Assembly: GCA_963702005.1 (NCBI GenBank) | Contig: OY969696.1 | Location: 1,472,001 to 1,536,000, forward strand | Source: Candidatus Aminicenantes bacterium | Lineage (GTDB): Bacteria; Acidobacteriota; Aminicenantia; Aminicenantales; JAFGBC01 | Direction: 5' to 3' | DNA length: 64,000 bases | Notes under the pieces: generated by a model | What the model saw: only the letters and a program-made list of their open reading frames with translations | The model's database searches: none | What the model was told of the DNA's origin: nothing | Translations under genes and position numbers: made by a program | In this document: positions 49,541-58,406 of the stretch, in pieces | How the letters are laid out: each line of letters opens with the position of its first letter | How positions within the stretch are numbered: the first letter of the stretch is position 1

Positions 49541-50923
49541 ATGAAAAAGAAAGCTTTATTTCTCGTCTTCGTCTTTCTTCTTCTCTCTCTTCCTTCGGAG
49601 GCCGTAAAGCTCGTCACCTGGAACCTGCTGAACTTCCCGGGATCCACGGGCGCCGCGCGCGAGGATGACTTCCGGCTGGTGATCAACAAGATCGCGCCCG
49701 ATATCCTGGTCGCCCAGGAGATGATCGATCTCACCGGCTGCAATCAGTTCCTCATTCAGGTGATGAACTTCACCATCCCCGGGAAGTACGCGGCCGCGCC
49801 TTTCTACGACAGTAGCGACACCGATAACGCGCTCTTCTACCGGAGAGCGACTATCACCTATCTTGGGAAGACCCAGATCAAAACACCTCTCCGGGACATC
49901 ACGGAATACGTCCTGAAAGTGAAGAGCGGGCCCGGGACGGGGACGACGTTTCGTGTCTACTCGATACACCTCAAAGCAGGATCCGAAGCAGCCGATAAGA
50001 CTGAGCGCACTGAGGAAGCGAAGAAACTCAGAAATCGTCTGAACGCGCTCTCCGTGAACACCCTGGCCCTTGCCTGCGGCGATCTCAACCTCTATACGAA
50101 CGATGAGGTCGCCTACCAGTACCTGGTTAACCACGACGCCCCCTACTACGCGCGGCTGAACGACCCCGTCCAGAAGCCCGGGAAGTGGCATGACGGATCC
50201 CAGTTCGCGCTGATTCATACCCAGTCGACCCGGACCACCCAGTTTGGCGGGGGCGCGTCGGGCGGCCTGGATGATCGCTTCGACTTTATCCTGATCTCGG
50301 ATCCGATGATGGCAAGCACGAAGTTGGGCTATGTCCAGGGGAGCTATAAGGCTTATGGGAATGATGGAAAGCATTTCAACAAGGCCGTCAACGCCGGCAC
50401 AAATTATGCCGTTGGTAAAGCCCAGGCCAATGCCCTGTGGGCGGCCTCTGATCATCTCCCGGTGATGGTGGAGCTCCTCCCCCAGTCTGGCGGGATCCCG
50501 AAGGCCCCGACCGGCCTGGTCGCCCCTTCGATCTCATCGACACAGATCCAGCTTTCCTGGAACGACAAGTCGAATAACGAGAAGGGCTTTAAGATCGAGC
50601 GGAAATCAACGGGCGACTGGGCCCAGATCTGCACGGTCCTGGCCAACACAGAGACCTATCTCAACGGGGGACTTTCCTCAGCTTACACCTACACTTATCG
50701 AGTTCGAGCGTACAACACGGACGGAGATTCAGAATATTCCAACGAAGCCTCCCGGAAGCCTGGCGAGGATATCACGGTCTACATCACGAACACCGGGACT
50801 AAATACCACCGGAGCAGCTGTCACTACCTCAGCTCGAGCAAGATCCCGATCAATCTGCTCGATGCAAAGGCACAGGGCTATACGCCGTGCTCGGTGTGCG
50901 ATCCGCCAACGAGCCATCGCTAG
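49541..50923 (+). CDS. Secreted endonuclease/exonuclease/phosphatase-family protein with FN3 and C-terminal Zn-binding domain
   Basis: Signal peptide; TWNL, VAQE, HLKA, GDLN, RFDFIL, SDHLPV; FN3 LSWND...YTYRVRAYN; TGTKYH..C...PCSVC. Confidence 0.88.
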   Translation: MKKKALFLVFVFLLLSLPSEAVKLVTWNLLNFPGSTGAAREDDFRLVINKIAPDILVAQEMIDLTGCNQFLIQVMNFTIPGKYAAAPFYDSSDTDNALFYRRATITYLGKTQIKTPLRDITEYVLKVKSGPGTGTTFRVYSIHLKAGSEAADKTERTEEAKKLRNRLNALSVNTLALACGDLNLYTNDEVAYQYLVNHDAPYYARLNDPVQKPGKWHDGSQFALIHTQSTRTTQFGGGASGGLDDRFDFILISDPMMASTKLGYVQGSYKAYGNDGKHFNKAVNAGTNYAVGKAQANALWAASDHLPVMVELLPQSGGIPKAPTGLVAPSISSTQIQLSWNDKSNNEKGFKIERKSTGDWAQICTVLANTETYLNGGLSSAYTYTYRVRAYNTDGDSEYSNEASRKPGEDITVYITNTGTKYHRSSCHYLSSSKIPINLLDAKAQGYTPCSVCDPPTSHR

Positions 50924-50945
50924 AAGTACAAATGGAGTGCAAAAA

Positions 50946-51500
50946 ATGAAAAATATATTCAAAAAAATAAAACAAACATTTAAATTAAATATATTGATTG
51001 GAGCGGTCTTCCTAGTAATCTTGATTGCAAATCTAATCTTTCTAATAAATATTCGAGACAACTACTCTCATATAAGCCAAGTATTAGATAAACGTTTCAG
51101 TCCCAATGAAGAAGATGCAATAACGGTTAAAGCCATATCTCCAATTCAATCCGATAAACAAAAAGTAAATGAAGCTTCACCTAAGGAGCTTTCTTCATCA
51201 CTCCAGACGCTTCCTCCAGCGAACAAAGGACGCACTATCCAAGAGAATTTCTTGAGCGTTTCTGTCCTATTATTTGGACTCTTAGTTTGTACTCTCCTTA
51301 CTATAGCTATGAAGAGCAAATCGGCTAAACTGTTAGAATCAACCTTTACAAAGCTCGTCGGCTTAACAGTTGTGATAACAGCAGGAGTATTCCTTATTTG
51401 TGCAGGCTATTCTCAATCTCAGATAGCAACCATGATGGGATTGCTTGGAACGATAGCAGGATATTTACTCGGTAAAGAAGTACGGAAGAGAACGTCATAA
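50946..51500 (+). CDS. Membrane protein, paralog A
   Basis: GRTIQENFLSVSVLLFGLL...AGYSQSQIATMMGLLGTIAGYLLGK. Confidence 0.75.
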   Translation: MKNIFKKIKQTFKLNILIGAVFLVILIANLIFLINIRDNYSHISQVLDKRFSPNEEDAITVKAISPIQSDKQKVNEASPKELSSSLQTLPPANKGRTIQENFLSVSVLLFGLLVCTLLTIAMKSKSAKLLESTFTKLVGLTVVITAGVFLICAGYSQSQIATMMGLLGTIAGYLLGKEVRKRTS

Positions 51501-51636
51501 AAAAGAAGCATAAAGGAGGCGCCCGGGGCCGGGGCCGCTAGCCCCCGGGGTATGATAGAAGCCAAAGGCGTAATTACGCCTCATTATGGATAGACGGATG
51601 AATGAGACTAATTTGCTCAATTTCAAAGGGGGATCT

Positions 51637-52179
51637 ATGAAATTATTTTTACTCGTTCTATTGGTTCTTATGGTTGTAGCGGCCGGGCTTTATGCCGACC
51701 ACAATCCCCAATTAAAACCTGAGAAGGCGCCAGAAGAAAAGCCAACGCCGAAGAAGCCAAAACTGACCACAGAGAAAACTGAACAAGTGCCCAGCCCATC
51801 AGAAATTCATGCGGCGGAGGTAGGGGAATATATGATGCCTGGTACAGTGGTGAAATCACAAGAAGAAGGCCAAATACAGGAGCCCCCGAAGAGCATCGGA
51901 CGCACTGCTCAGGAGAATTTTTTGAGTGTCTGTGTCCTTTTATTTGGGCTCTTATTTAGTGGTCTCTTAACTATGGTAGTTTTGAAGACTAGTCCAGCTA
52001 AGCCACTAGGGACAACCAACATTAAACTCTTCGGTTTAACGATTGTGATAACGGCCGGATTATTTCTTATTTGCGCCGGCTATTCTCAAAATCAGATCGC
52101 GCCAATGATTGGATTGCTTGGCTCAATAGCAGGATATATACTCGGAAAAGACGCGCCAAAGGAATCCGCAGAAAAATAG
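51637..52179 (+). CDS. Membrane protein, paralog B
   Basis: GRTAQENFLSVCVLLFGLL...AGYSQNQIAPMIGLLGSIAGYILGK. Confidence 0.75.
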   Translation: MKLFLLVLLVLMVVAAGLYADHNPQLKPEKAPEEKPTPKKPKLTTEKTEQVPSPSEIHAAEVGEYMMPGTVVKSQEEGQIQEPPKSIGRTAQENFLSVCVLLFGLLFSGLLTMVVLKTSPAKPLGTTNIKLFGLTIVITAGLFLICAGYSQNQIAPMIGLLGSIAGYILGKDAPKESAEK

Positions 52180-52294
52180 CGAGATGATAAATGACCCGGG
52201 TGGGCCCAAGTTGAGCCCAGGTCCCTGGTTTGAGATAGACGCTTAGCGCGGTGTCGCCTCAGATAGATAGACGTCCGAAGGGAGGTTTTGTGTC

Positions 52295-52471
52295 ATGAAA
52301 AATGCGTCTGAGATTGAGAGAATTCTTTCAAGGGTTCTTTTTGAGATTAACGAAATCAAGAAAATAATATCCCTTTCTAATATTTCTCGGCAGATAAAAC
52401 ATAACTTTGACCTAAAAATCGCTGAGGTAGAAAGACTAGTCAGAAACGCAAAAAAATTGATTGAAGAATGA
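52295..52471 (+). CDS. Small helical protein, 58 aa (below ORF-track cutoff)
   Basis: GGGAGG RBS; MKNASEIERILSRVLFE...LIEE*. Confidence 0.55.
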   Translation: MKNASEIERILSRVLFEINEIKKIISLSNISRQIKHNFDLKIAEVERLVRNAKKLIEE

Positions 52472-52751
52472 ATTGGCGATTTATTTAAATAGCAGTAGAA
52501 TCAGTCAAAGCAGGAGGAGATCATGCCCGATATCCTAGGACAGCAACAAAAAAATGAAATCATTAAAGCCCTAGAAAAGGCAAAAGCTACACAGCCTTGC
52601 CCGCGCTGTGGGAATAAAAAATTTGCTATAGTTGATGGCTATTTCACCCAGATGATACAGACAAAGCTAGGTATTTTAGTCTTCGGGGGGCCGAGCATCC
52701 CTTGTATAATAGCTGTCTGTGATCAATGTGGCTTCATGGCGCAGCATGCAC

Positions 52752-53357
52752 GAAAGCTTTACAGGCTGCCCCGTGGCTTGCCACGGGGTGGAATGTATGC
52801 CTTGCCGAGGGGGTGATCAGGGGGACCGGAAAGTCCCCCTGATCCACAAAGGCCCTTGCTCGGGAATATGGTAGAGTATATGGGTGACGCTGAAACGGAC
52901 GAGTCATTCGGTCTACGACACGTCCTACCATCTGGTCTGGTGTCCGAAGTACCGGAAGAAGATATTCGAGCGGGTGGAAGTCCGGGAACGAGCGAAACAG
53001 ATCGTGGGAGAGATTTGCGAATCGTACGATATTGAAATCATCGAGATGGAAATTACCGAAGATCATATTCATTTGCTAGTATCATTTCCGCCATCGCGAT
53101 CGATCGGGGAGGTCGTCAGGATCATAAAGAGCATGAGTGGGAGGGGGTTGTTTCGCGAGTTTGCGGGCTTGAAAAAGAAGCTATGGGGCGGGGAAGTGTG
53201 GGAGGACGGATATTTCGCAAGGACGGTCGGAGACCGGATGACGAGGGATGTGATCGCGAAGTACATCGTCAGTCACCGAGAACTGGAGCAAGGGCCTGCG
53301 CAGCTGGCCTTGAAGCTGCGCTCCTAATGCCCCGCGGCTTGCCGCGGGGATCTTTAC
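52752..53357 (+). mobile_element. IS200/IS605-family element, tnpA only
   Basis: Subterminal hairpins ccccgtggc-tt-gccacgggg (52769-52788) and ccccgcggc-tt-gccgcgggg (53330-53349); no tnpB. Confidence 0.88.
52884..53327 (+). CDS. tnpA: Y1 HUH transposase
   Basis: YHLVWCPKYR, DHIHLL (HUH), WEDGYFARTVG, KYI catalytic Tyr. Confidence 0.95.
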   Translation: MTLKRTSHSVYDTSYHLVWCPKYRKKIFERVEVRERAKQIVGEICESYDIEIIEMEITEDHIHLLVSFPPSRSIGEVVRIIKSMSGRGLFREFAGLKKKLWGGEVWEDGYFARTVGDRMTRDVIAKYIVSHRELEQGPAQLALKLRS

Positions 53358-53430
53358 TTGGAACGCTCGGACTCATGTCCCCAGTTTCAGAACCGATGCC
53401 TACTGCGATGCCACAAGAGGGAGAAAATAA

Positions 53431-53913
53431 ATGAAAAGTCCCTCAGGAAAAATAACAACTAAATTTCTTAATGAAGATATCCAAAAACGTATCGCTCAAG
53501 AAACAAATATTTATTTCAATTTGGGACAAAACGCGATTGTTACTACTGAAGATAAACTTAAAATCGTACTAATGACGTGCTTACCTAAAATAGAATCACG
53601 TAGGGCTTGGATAGCGCCCACTGGTATTCTTGTTGCTATTGTCACAGCTATTGTCACAGCGAGTTTTAAAGATTTTCTTTTCATTGATGCTGCTACTTTG
53701 AAAGCATTGTTTTATTTTTTTGCCTTGACTTGTCTAGGCTGGCTCGTAATGACCTTCATTAAAGTGGAAAAAGCACCATCTGTTGAAACCATTTTATTGG
53801 ATATGAAGAGATCTTCGTCAGCAATTACAGGTATTAAAGGTCTCCTTCTATATGATCCACGTATAAATGGATACATTCCCTTTAATTCTGTATCAGAAAG
53901 AGAAATTCTATAA
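53431..53913 (+). CDS. Two-TM hypothetical membrane protein
   Basis: TEDKLKI...WIAPTGILVAIV plus a second TM helix. Confidence 0.7.
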   Translation: MKSPSGKITTKFLNEDIQKRIAQETNIYFNLGQNAIVTTEDKLKIVLMTCLPKIESRRAWIAPTGILVAIVTAIVTASFKDFLFIDAATLKALFYFFALTCLGWLVMTFIKVEKAPSVETILLDMKRSSSAITGIKGLLLYDPRINGYIPFNSVSEREIL

Positions 53914-54075
53914 GTGATCAAAAAGCACGGTCGTTTCTTCTGGCTCGACATCCGCGCGGGCGGGCACCGCGTCCGCCGGTCGCTCAAGACGGACGAGTAC
54001 CATCTCGCGCTTGATCGAGCTAACAAGATTACGAAAGATCTCAGGGAAGCAGCGCATACGGAGGAGATCAATTAA
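53914..54075 (+). CDS. Integrase arm-type DNA-binding domain fragment or small accessory protein
   Basis: GTG start; IKKHGRFFWLDIRAGGHRVRRSLKTDEYHLALDRA. Confidence 0.45.
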   Translation: MIKKHGRFFWLDIRAGGHRVRRSLKTDEYHLALDRANKITKDLREAAHTEEIN

Positions 54076-54161
54076 AAATAAAAAAGGAGACGCCTTAGGC
54101 ATCTCCTTTTCCTCTCTGCCCTTTATATAAACACAGGCATATTAGAAAATAAGGAACAAAT

Positions 54162-55145
54162 CTATAGCTCGTCCAGGGCCTTGAACTCCTCCATCGGAAG
54201 CGCGGCGAGTTTTCCACCCAGCCGTTCCAGTTCCACGCTTTTCTCCCAGGTTTCCTCTTTCTGAGCGGCCAGAGTCAGGGCGTTGGCGATTCCGTACTTG
54301 TCGTATTCAGGCTCCGCACCGAAGGCCATCAGAATATTCGCTTTTTGGACTTCGCTGAGCTTGTACTGGTCGACCACGTTCTGGATCACTCGCTGAGGAT
54401 TCCTGATCTTGATTTCCGTGGATTCCCTCATCATCAGAACAATCTCGCCGAATCTGTTGAACAGCTCTCGGATTGAGCGCCGAAGGGAGAGATATATGAT
54501 CTCATCTGATATCTCGTCGCCGTTCCCAATATGGATTTCCCGCGTGACCAGTTCTTCGACGATCATCCCGTTTGAGCATTTGACCCGGAACATTCTCGGT
54601 TCTACCCGAAGCGCCTTGTGGCCGGTTTCGGAATTCGTGAGAAAGAGTCCGCCCATGATCAGATCGTCTTTGTGCCGGACGAAGTCCCTGAGCTTTGCGC
54701 TTTTCACTTTGATGTTCATCTCGATCTCCGAGAGATAGCAATCCTCGATCTCGGCGTTATGAGCTTGGAGCTCGTTCAGGGCACAATAGAGAACGTCCAG
54801 GTGGTCGATCACCCGATAGCGGTCGCTGAGGAACGCTCGGACAGAATCACCCTGGCCGCGAATGAAAACATCTTTTCCGTTCTTTTTCAGCCAGGCGTTG
54901 ACGTTCTCGACAAGAAGTTCAGGCGCCGATTCCTCCATCTTGTGGTAGTACTTGAGCGGGATTTCAAGTTTCTCCGCAAACTGGGTGTGGCAGGGTTTAG
55001 AGATGGAGAATAATTCTTCGCCCGGTAGCCTGAGAATGGGTGTATTCTCAGCCAGAGCCATCGCGATCTGCGCAGCGTTCAGTTTCTTGTCCCATTTTAG
55101 GGGCTTTTGTTGCTCCAATTCTTTGATTAAAGACCTAATCTGCAT
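54162..55145 (-). CDS. DUF932-like protein
   Basis: RAFLSDRYRVIDH, LTNSETG, FRVKCSNGMI. Confidence 0.8.
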   Translation of the reverse strand: MQIRSLIKELEQQKPLKWDKKLNAAQIAMALAENTPILRLPGEELFSISKPCHTQFAEKLEIPLKYYHKMEESAPELLVENVNAWLKKNGKDVFIRGQGDSVRAFLSDRYRVIDHLDVLYCALNELQAHNAEIEDCYLSEIEMNIKVKSAKLRDFVRHKDDLIMGGLFLTNSETGHKALRVEPRMFRVKCSNGMIVEELVTREIHIGNGDEISDEIIYLSLRRSIRELFNRFGEIVLMMRESTEIKIRNPQRVIQNVVDQYKLSEVQKANILMAFGAEPEYDKYGIANALTLAAQKEETWEKSVELERLGGKLAALPMEEFKALDEL

Positions 55146-55212
55146 AAAGACCTCCTCTTAAAGAAGTGTAGGCAGAGAGGGTATATGTGAATGGAAAGAG
55201 CAATAAGGTACT

Positions 55213-55722
55213 TTAGCGTCGAATGTCAGAATAAAGCCTCCAATTTTCGATTAGAAGTTTCATTCTCTTGGGCTTAGGGATTCCCTTGAACACCATCAGC
55301 CCTTGTGTCCCGGCTGATTCGATTATCAAATCTCCGTAACCCAGGATTCGCCCAAGAATTCCATAGCTGCAGACAATATCTTCGATATCCTTAAGATGAA
55401 TAGACATATATCGCTTTCCGATAATTGCTCTTTCCTTAATAAGTCTATAATTCGTCAGATAGAGTCGATTGAATTTCCAATCCAGATAAAAGATGAGGCT
55501 TATAAAAAATAGGACGAATGAGGCTGCAGCATAGCAGTAGTTTTTCAACGCACCAGCGATAAATCCTAAAATCGGGCAAGCGAAGAAATAGTACAGGAAG
55601 AAAAATAAGAAGATTTGACTCATGGAAACAAGAAGGAACAGCCAATGGGGATTGGATTGGAAAACGATCTGTTCATTCGGTAAAAGAAATTTATTTGATT
55701 TAGAAAGATAATTGTTGACCAT
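55213..55722 (-). CDS. Bacterial PH-domain membrane protein
   Basis: PHW, two TMs, LYLTNYRLI, GRILGYGDLIIESAG. Confidence 0.8.
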   Translation of the reverse strand: MVNNYLSKSNKFLLPNEQIVFQSNPHWLFLLVSMSQIFLFFFLYYFFACPILGFIAGALKNYCYAAASFVLFFISLIFYLDWKFNRLYLTNYRLIKERAIIGKRYMSIHLKDIEDIVCSYGILGRILGYGDLIIESAGTQGLMVFKGIPKPKRMKLLIENWRLYSDIRR

Positions 55723-57019
55723 GAAAATTATCGGAATGATACGGCTGAGAAGCGAATTGTCGTTCTATAACGCCTCTCGGCTTTGTATATTTCTTTCTTG
55801 AAAAATCGATTATTTCCTCTTTATGAGAAGTATTGATTTCTCTGAGCCGTATGGTAACGGCGCTGAATGGCCGCGAAGTCACGCCGTCAATCATGAGCTT
55901 GAGGCAGATATGGAAATTGGGGAGGTTAATTAAGTCGGCTTCTTCAAATACGGGCTCAAATTCCTGAGCAAGATATTTTGCATCCTCAGCCCCGATTCTG
56001 AAGGATATGATCGTCCCGACATTCCCGAAGATCGCCGCCCTTATTTTTTCGTCCAATTGCTCGATATACTGATGGGCGAGAATAAGGTTCAAGCCGTACT
56101 TCCGGGATTCGGACATAATATCGGCAAAGGAGAGGGTTATGAAGCTGTGGATTTCGTCCACATAAAGATAGAACGGCGTTCTTTTCTCTTCCAGTAAATC
56201 TGCCCGGCTCAGCGCGGCTAACTGGATTTTGGTAAGAACCAGAGCGCCCAAAAGAGAGCAGTTGTCTTCACCGATCTTTCCTTTGGCGAGATTGACGATG
56301 AGAATCTTTCCTTCATCCATGGCTCTGCGGACATCGAAGGTATTTTCTTTCTGGCCGACTATGTTTCTAAGCGGAATGCTGACCAGGAATTGGCCGATTT
56401 TATTGAGTACGGGCGAAATCGCTTCTGACCGCAGCCAGGCGGAATATTTCTCAAACTCTGAGAGCCAGAATTCTCTGACCTGGGGATGGGTGATGTAATT
56501 GAGGACATTCCTTCTGAAATCCTTATCCAAGAGAAGCTTGGGCATGTCGAGAAGCGTACTATTTGGATATTCGAGAAGCGTGAGCAGGGCGTGCCGGAGA
56601 ATATGTTCCAATCTCGGCCCCCAGGATTCAGACCAAATCTTTTTGAAAGTCGAGATGATTCCCGAAGCCACAAGATGATGAAAATCTTTGGGGACTTTTT
56701 CCAGAGGATTAAATGCTATCGGATATTCAAGATCAGCGGGATTGAAGTAGATGACATCCTTAATTCTTTTTTTAGGAACGTAGTCCAATATTTCTTCCGC
56801 TATATCGCCGTGAGGATCGATAAGAGCTAAGCCACAGCCGTGCTTGATATCAGAGATCGCCATGTTCTCCATTAAGCTTGATTTTCCAGTGCCGGTCTTG
56901 CCGATGATATACATATGGCCTCTACGGTTTTTCTCTTTGATGCCGAAGATTCTTTTAATATCCCTGTAGTCGGTCACGGCAAAGGGGGTGATGCGATTGT
57001 TCTTATGAGAATCAGTCAT
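55700..57019 (-). CDS. VirD4/TrwB/HerA-like P-loop ATPase
   Basis: HMYIIGKTGTGKS, IDPHGD, FNPL, YLYVDE, ESRKYG...AHQY..QL, GNVGT. Confidence 0.85.
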   Translation of the reverse strand: MTDSHKNNRITPFAVTDYRDIKRIFGIKEKNRRGHMYIIGKTGTGKSSLMENMAISDIKHGCGLALIDPHGDIAEEILDYVPKKRIKDVIYFNPADLEYPIAFNPLEKVPKDFHHLVASGIISTFKKIWSESWGPRLEHILRHALLTLLEYPNSTLLDMPKLLLDKDFRRNVLNYITHPQVREFWLSEFEKYSAWLRSEAISPVLNKIGQFLVSIPLRNIVGQKENTFDVRRAMDEGKILIVNLAKGKIGEDNCSLLGALVLTKIQLAALSRADLLEEKRTPFYLYVDEIHSFITLSFADIMSESRKYGLNLILAHQYIEQLDEKIRAAIFGNVGTIISFRIGAEDAKYLAQEFEPVFEEADLINLPNFHICLKLMIDGVTSRPFSAVTIRLREINTSHKEEIIDFSRKKYTKPRGVIERQFASQPYHSDNFHGQQLSF

Positions 57020-57159
57020 ATATTTTCAGCATAAGCCGGCAAAATATTGAATAAAAGACAGGAAATTTCCACTTTTTCGGCAATTTCTCCCGTCTTGTAT
57101 GTCTCTGTCCGTGCGCTAAGCTTGAAGTAGAACTTTAAAATTTAAAGGAGTAAGGAGAA

Positions 57160-57534
57160 ATGAAAGACAAAGCAAGACGGCTGGAACTCAGAACTGCGGA
57201 CGGCAAGGTTATCCTCGTTCTCTATCTCTCCGAGGAGATAGCTTTAGAGGATCAACCGAAGGCGAAGGAAAGCCCGAAACCGGACGCCGGTAAGTCCAAG
57301 CCTCAAACGAGCGCTCCGTCATCCGAGAATCCTCCGATGACAGATGCCCAGAAGCGCTACCTTTTCAGAATCATGGCTGAGAAAGGCTACGAAAACGACA
57401 AAGGCTACGCCAAGCTGAAGGAGCTTTTCCAGGTCGATTCTCTGAAAGAGGTCACGAAGCTTGAAGCTTCGCGGATGATCGAACGGCTTCTCGACGAAGC
57501 AAAAGGCGAAAACCATGACGCCGTACCTTTCTAG
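57160..57534 (+). CDS. Hypothetical protein
   Basis: AAGGAG RBS; MTDAQKRYLF...TKLEASRMIERL. Confidence 0.7.
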   Translation: MKDKARRLELRTADGKVILVLYLSEEIALEDQPKAKESPKPDAGKSKPQTSAPSSENPPMTDAQKRYLFRIMAEKGYENDKGYAKLKELFQVDSLKEVTKLEASRMIERLLDEAKGENHDAVPF

Positions 57535-58282
57535 CTCTCAGATCAATCTTTATCTGCTTTGCGGTCTGAAGTACAAATTCCAGTACATTGACGAGATCCC
57601 GAAACGCTTCAAATCTTCAGGATTGGCTTTTGGCAGCGCTATCCATTCGGCTCTTTCCTGGTATCACAAGCAGACGATGAACGGAAACGGAGTGACGATT
57701 GACCGGTTGCACAAGATTTTCGACGCTGACTGGTACAGCCTGAAAACGGAAAACGAGATTCGCTTCAAAGAAGGGGAAGAAGAGATGAAGCTCGTCGTCC
57801 TGGGAAAAGAGATGCTGGCTCAGTATTTTGATCTGCCGAGAAAAAAAATCAAAGGTACGGAGATTCCGTTTTCTGTCCCGCTTATCAATCCTGAAAACAG
57901 CAAGTGCGCAGCCATCGAGCTTGAAGGCGTGATCGATTTGATCGAGGAGGACGACACCATCACGGAATTCAAGACTTCGGCCCAGACCATGGACTCTCAG
58001 GAGCTTGGAAACCACGTCCAGCTGACAATCTACAGCTACGCTTTCGAAAGGATCAGCCACAAGCCGCCCAAGTCCTTAAAAATCGTCAACTTCGTCAAAT
58101 CCAAGAAGCCGAAGATGATTCAGATGGACACGAATCGAGACAACGACGACTATCAGCGGCTCTACTTCCTGGCCGGACAGATCCTCAAAGGAATTCAGCA
58201 GCGCATCTTTTTCCCGAGAACCGGATTCCTTTGCAAAGACTGCGAGTACGCGGAGAACTGCAAAATGTGGAAGGGGAACTAG
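57515..58282 (+). CDS. PD-(D/E)XK nuclease (RecB/AddB/Cas4-like, four Cys)
   Basis: SSSQINLYLLC, FGSAIH, GVIDLI...EFKT, QLTIY, CKDCEYAENC. Confidence 0.88.
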   Translation: MTPYLSSSQINLYLLCGLKYKFQYIDEIPKRFKSSGLAFGSAIHSALSWYHKQTMNGNGVTIDRLHKIFDADWYSLKTENEIRFKEGEEEMKLVVLGKEMLAQYFDLPRKKIKGTEIPFSVPLINPENSKCAAIELEGVIDLIEEDDTITEFKTSAQTMDSQELGNHVQLTIYSYAFERISHKPPKSLKIVNFVKSKKPKMIQMDTNRDNDDYQRLYFLAGQILKGIQQRIFFPRTGFLCKDCEYAENCKMWKGN

Positions 58283-58304
58283 CTCATTTTCTTCCAACAA
58301 AGCA

Positions 58305-58333
58305 AGGAAGCAGGCAATCCTGCTTCCTTTTAA
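58305..58333 (+). terminator. Rho-independent terminator
   Basis: aaggaagcagg-caat-cctgcttcctt followed by T's. Confidence 0.75.
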
Positions 58334-58406
58334 TATTTTACAGGGTTTTCTAAATGTGCTAACATTTAAAAAAAGGGTTGATTATTAATTTTGGGCATTA
58401 ATAAAC

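Larger units (their letters stand above)
52523..53434 (+). pseudogene. Zn-ribbon protein interrupted by an IS200-type element
   Basis: CPRC...CDQCGFMAQHA joins LGTLGLMSP...GENK* when 52752-53357 is removed; its stop overlaps the next ATG. Confidence 0.75.

Noticed and set aside
53328-53434. tnpB/omega-RNA associated with the IS
   Set aside because: The right-end hairpin follows tnpA directly; the downstream sequence is the interrupted gene's 3' end
57075-57086. 12-bp reverse-complement match (tttcggcaattt) to the 62-bp repeat
   Set aside because: Too short and AT-rich to exclude chance
57515-58282. cas4 as part of a CRISPR-Cas locus
   Set aside because: No cas1/cas2 or array; fits a stand-alone PD-(D/E)XK nuclease
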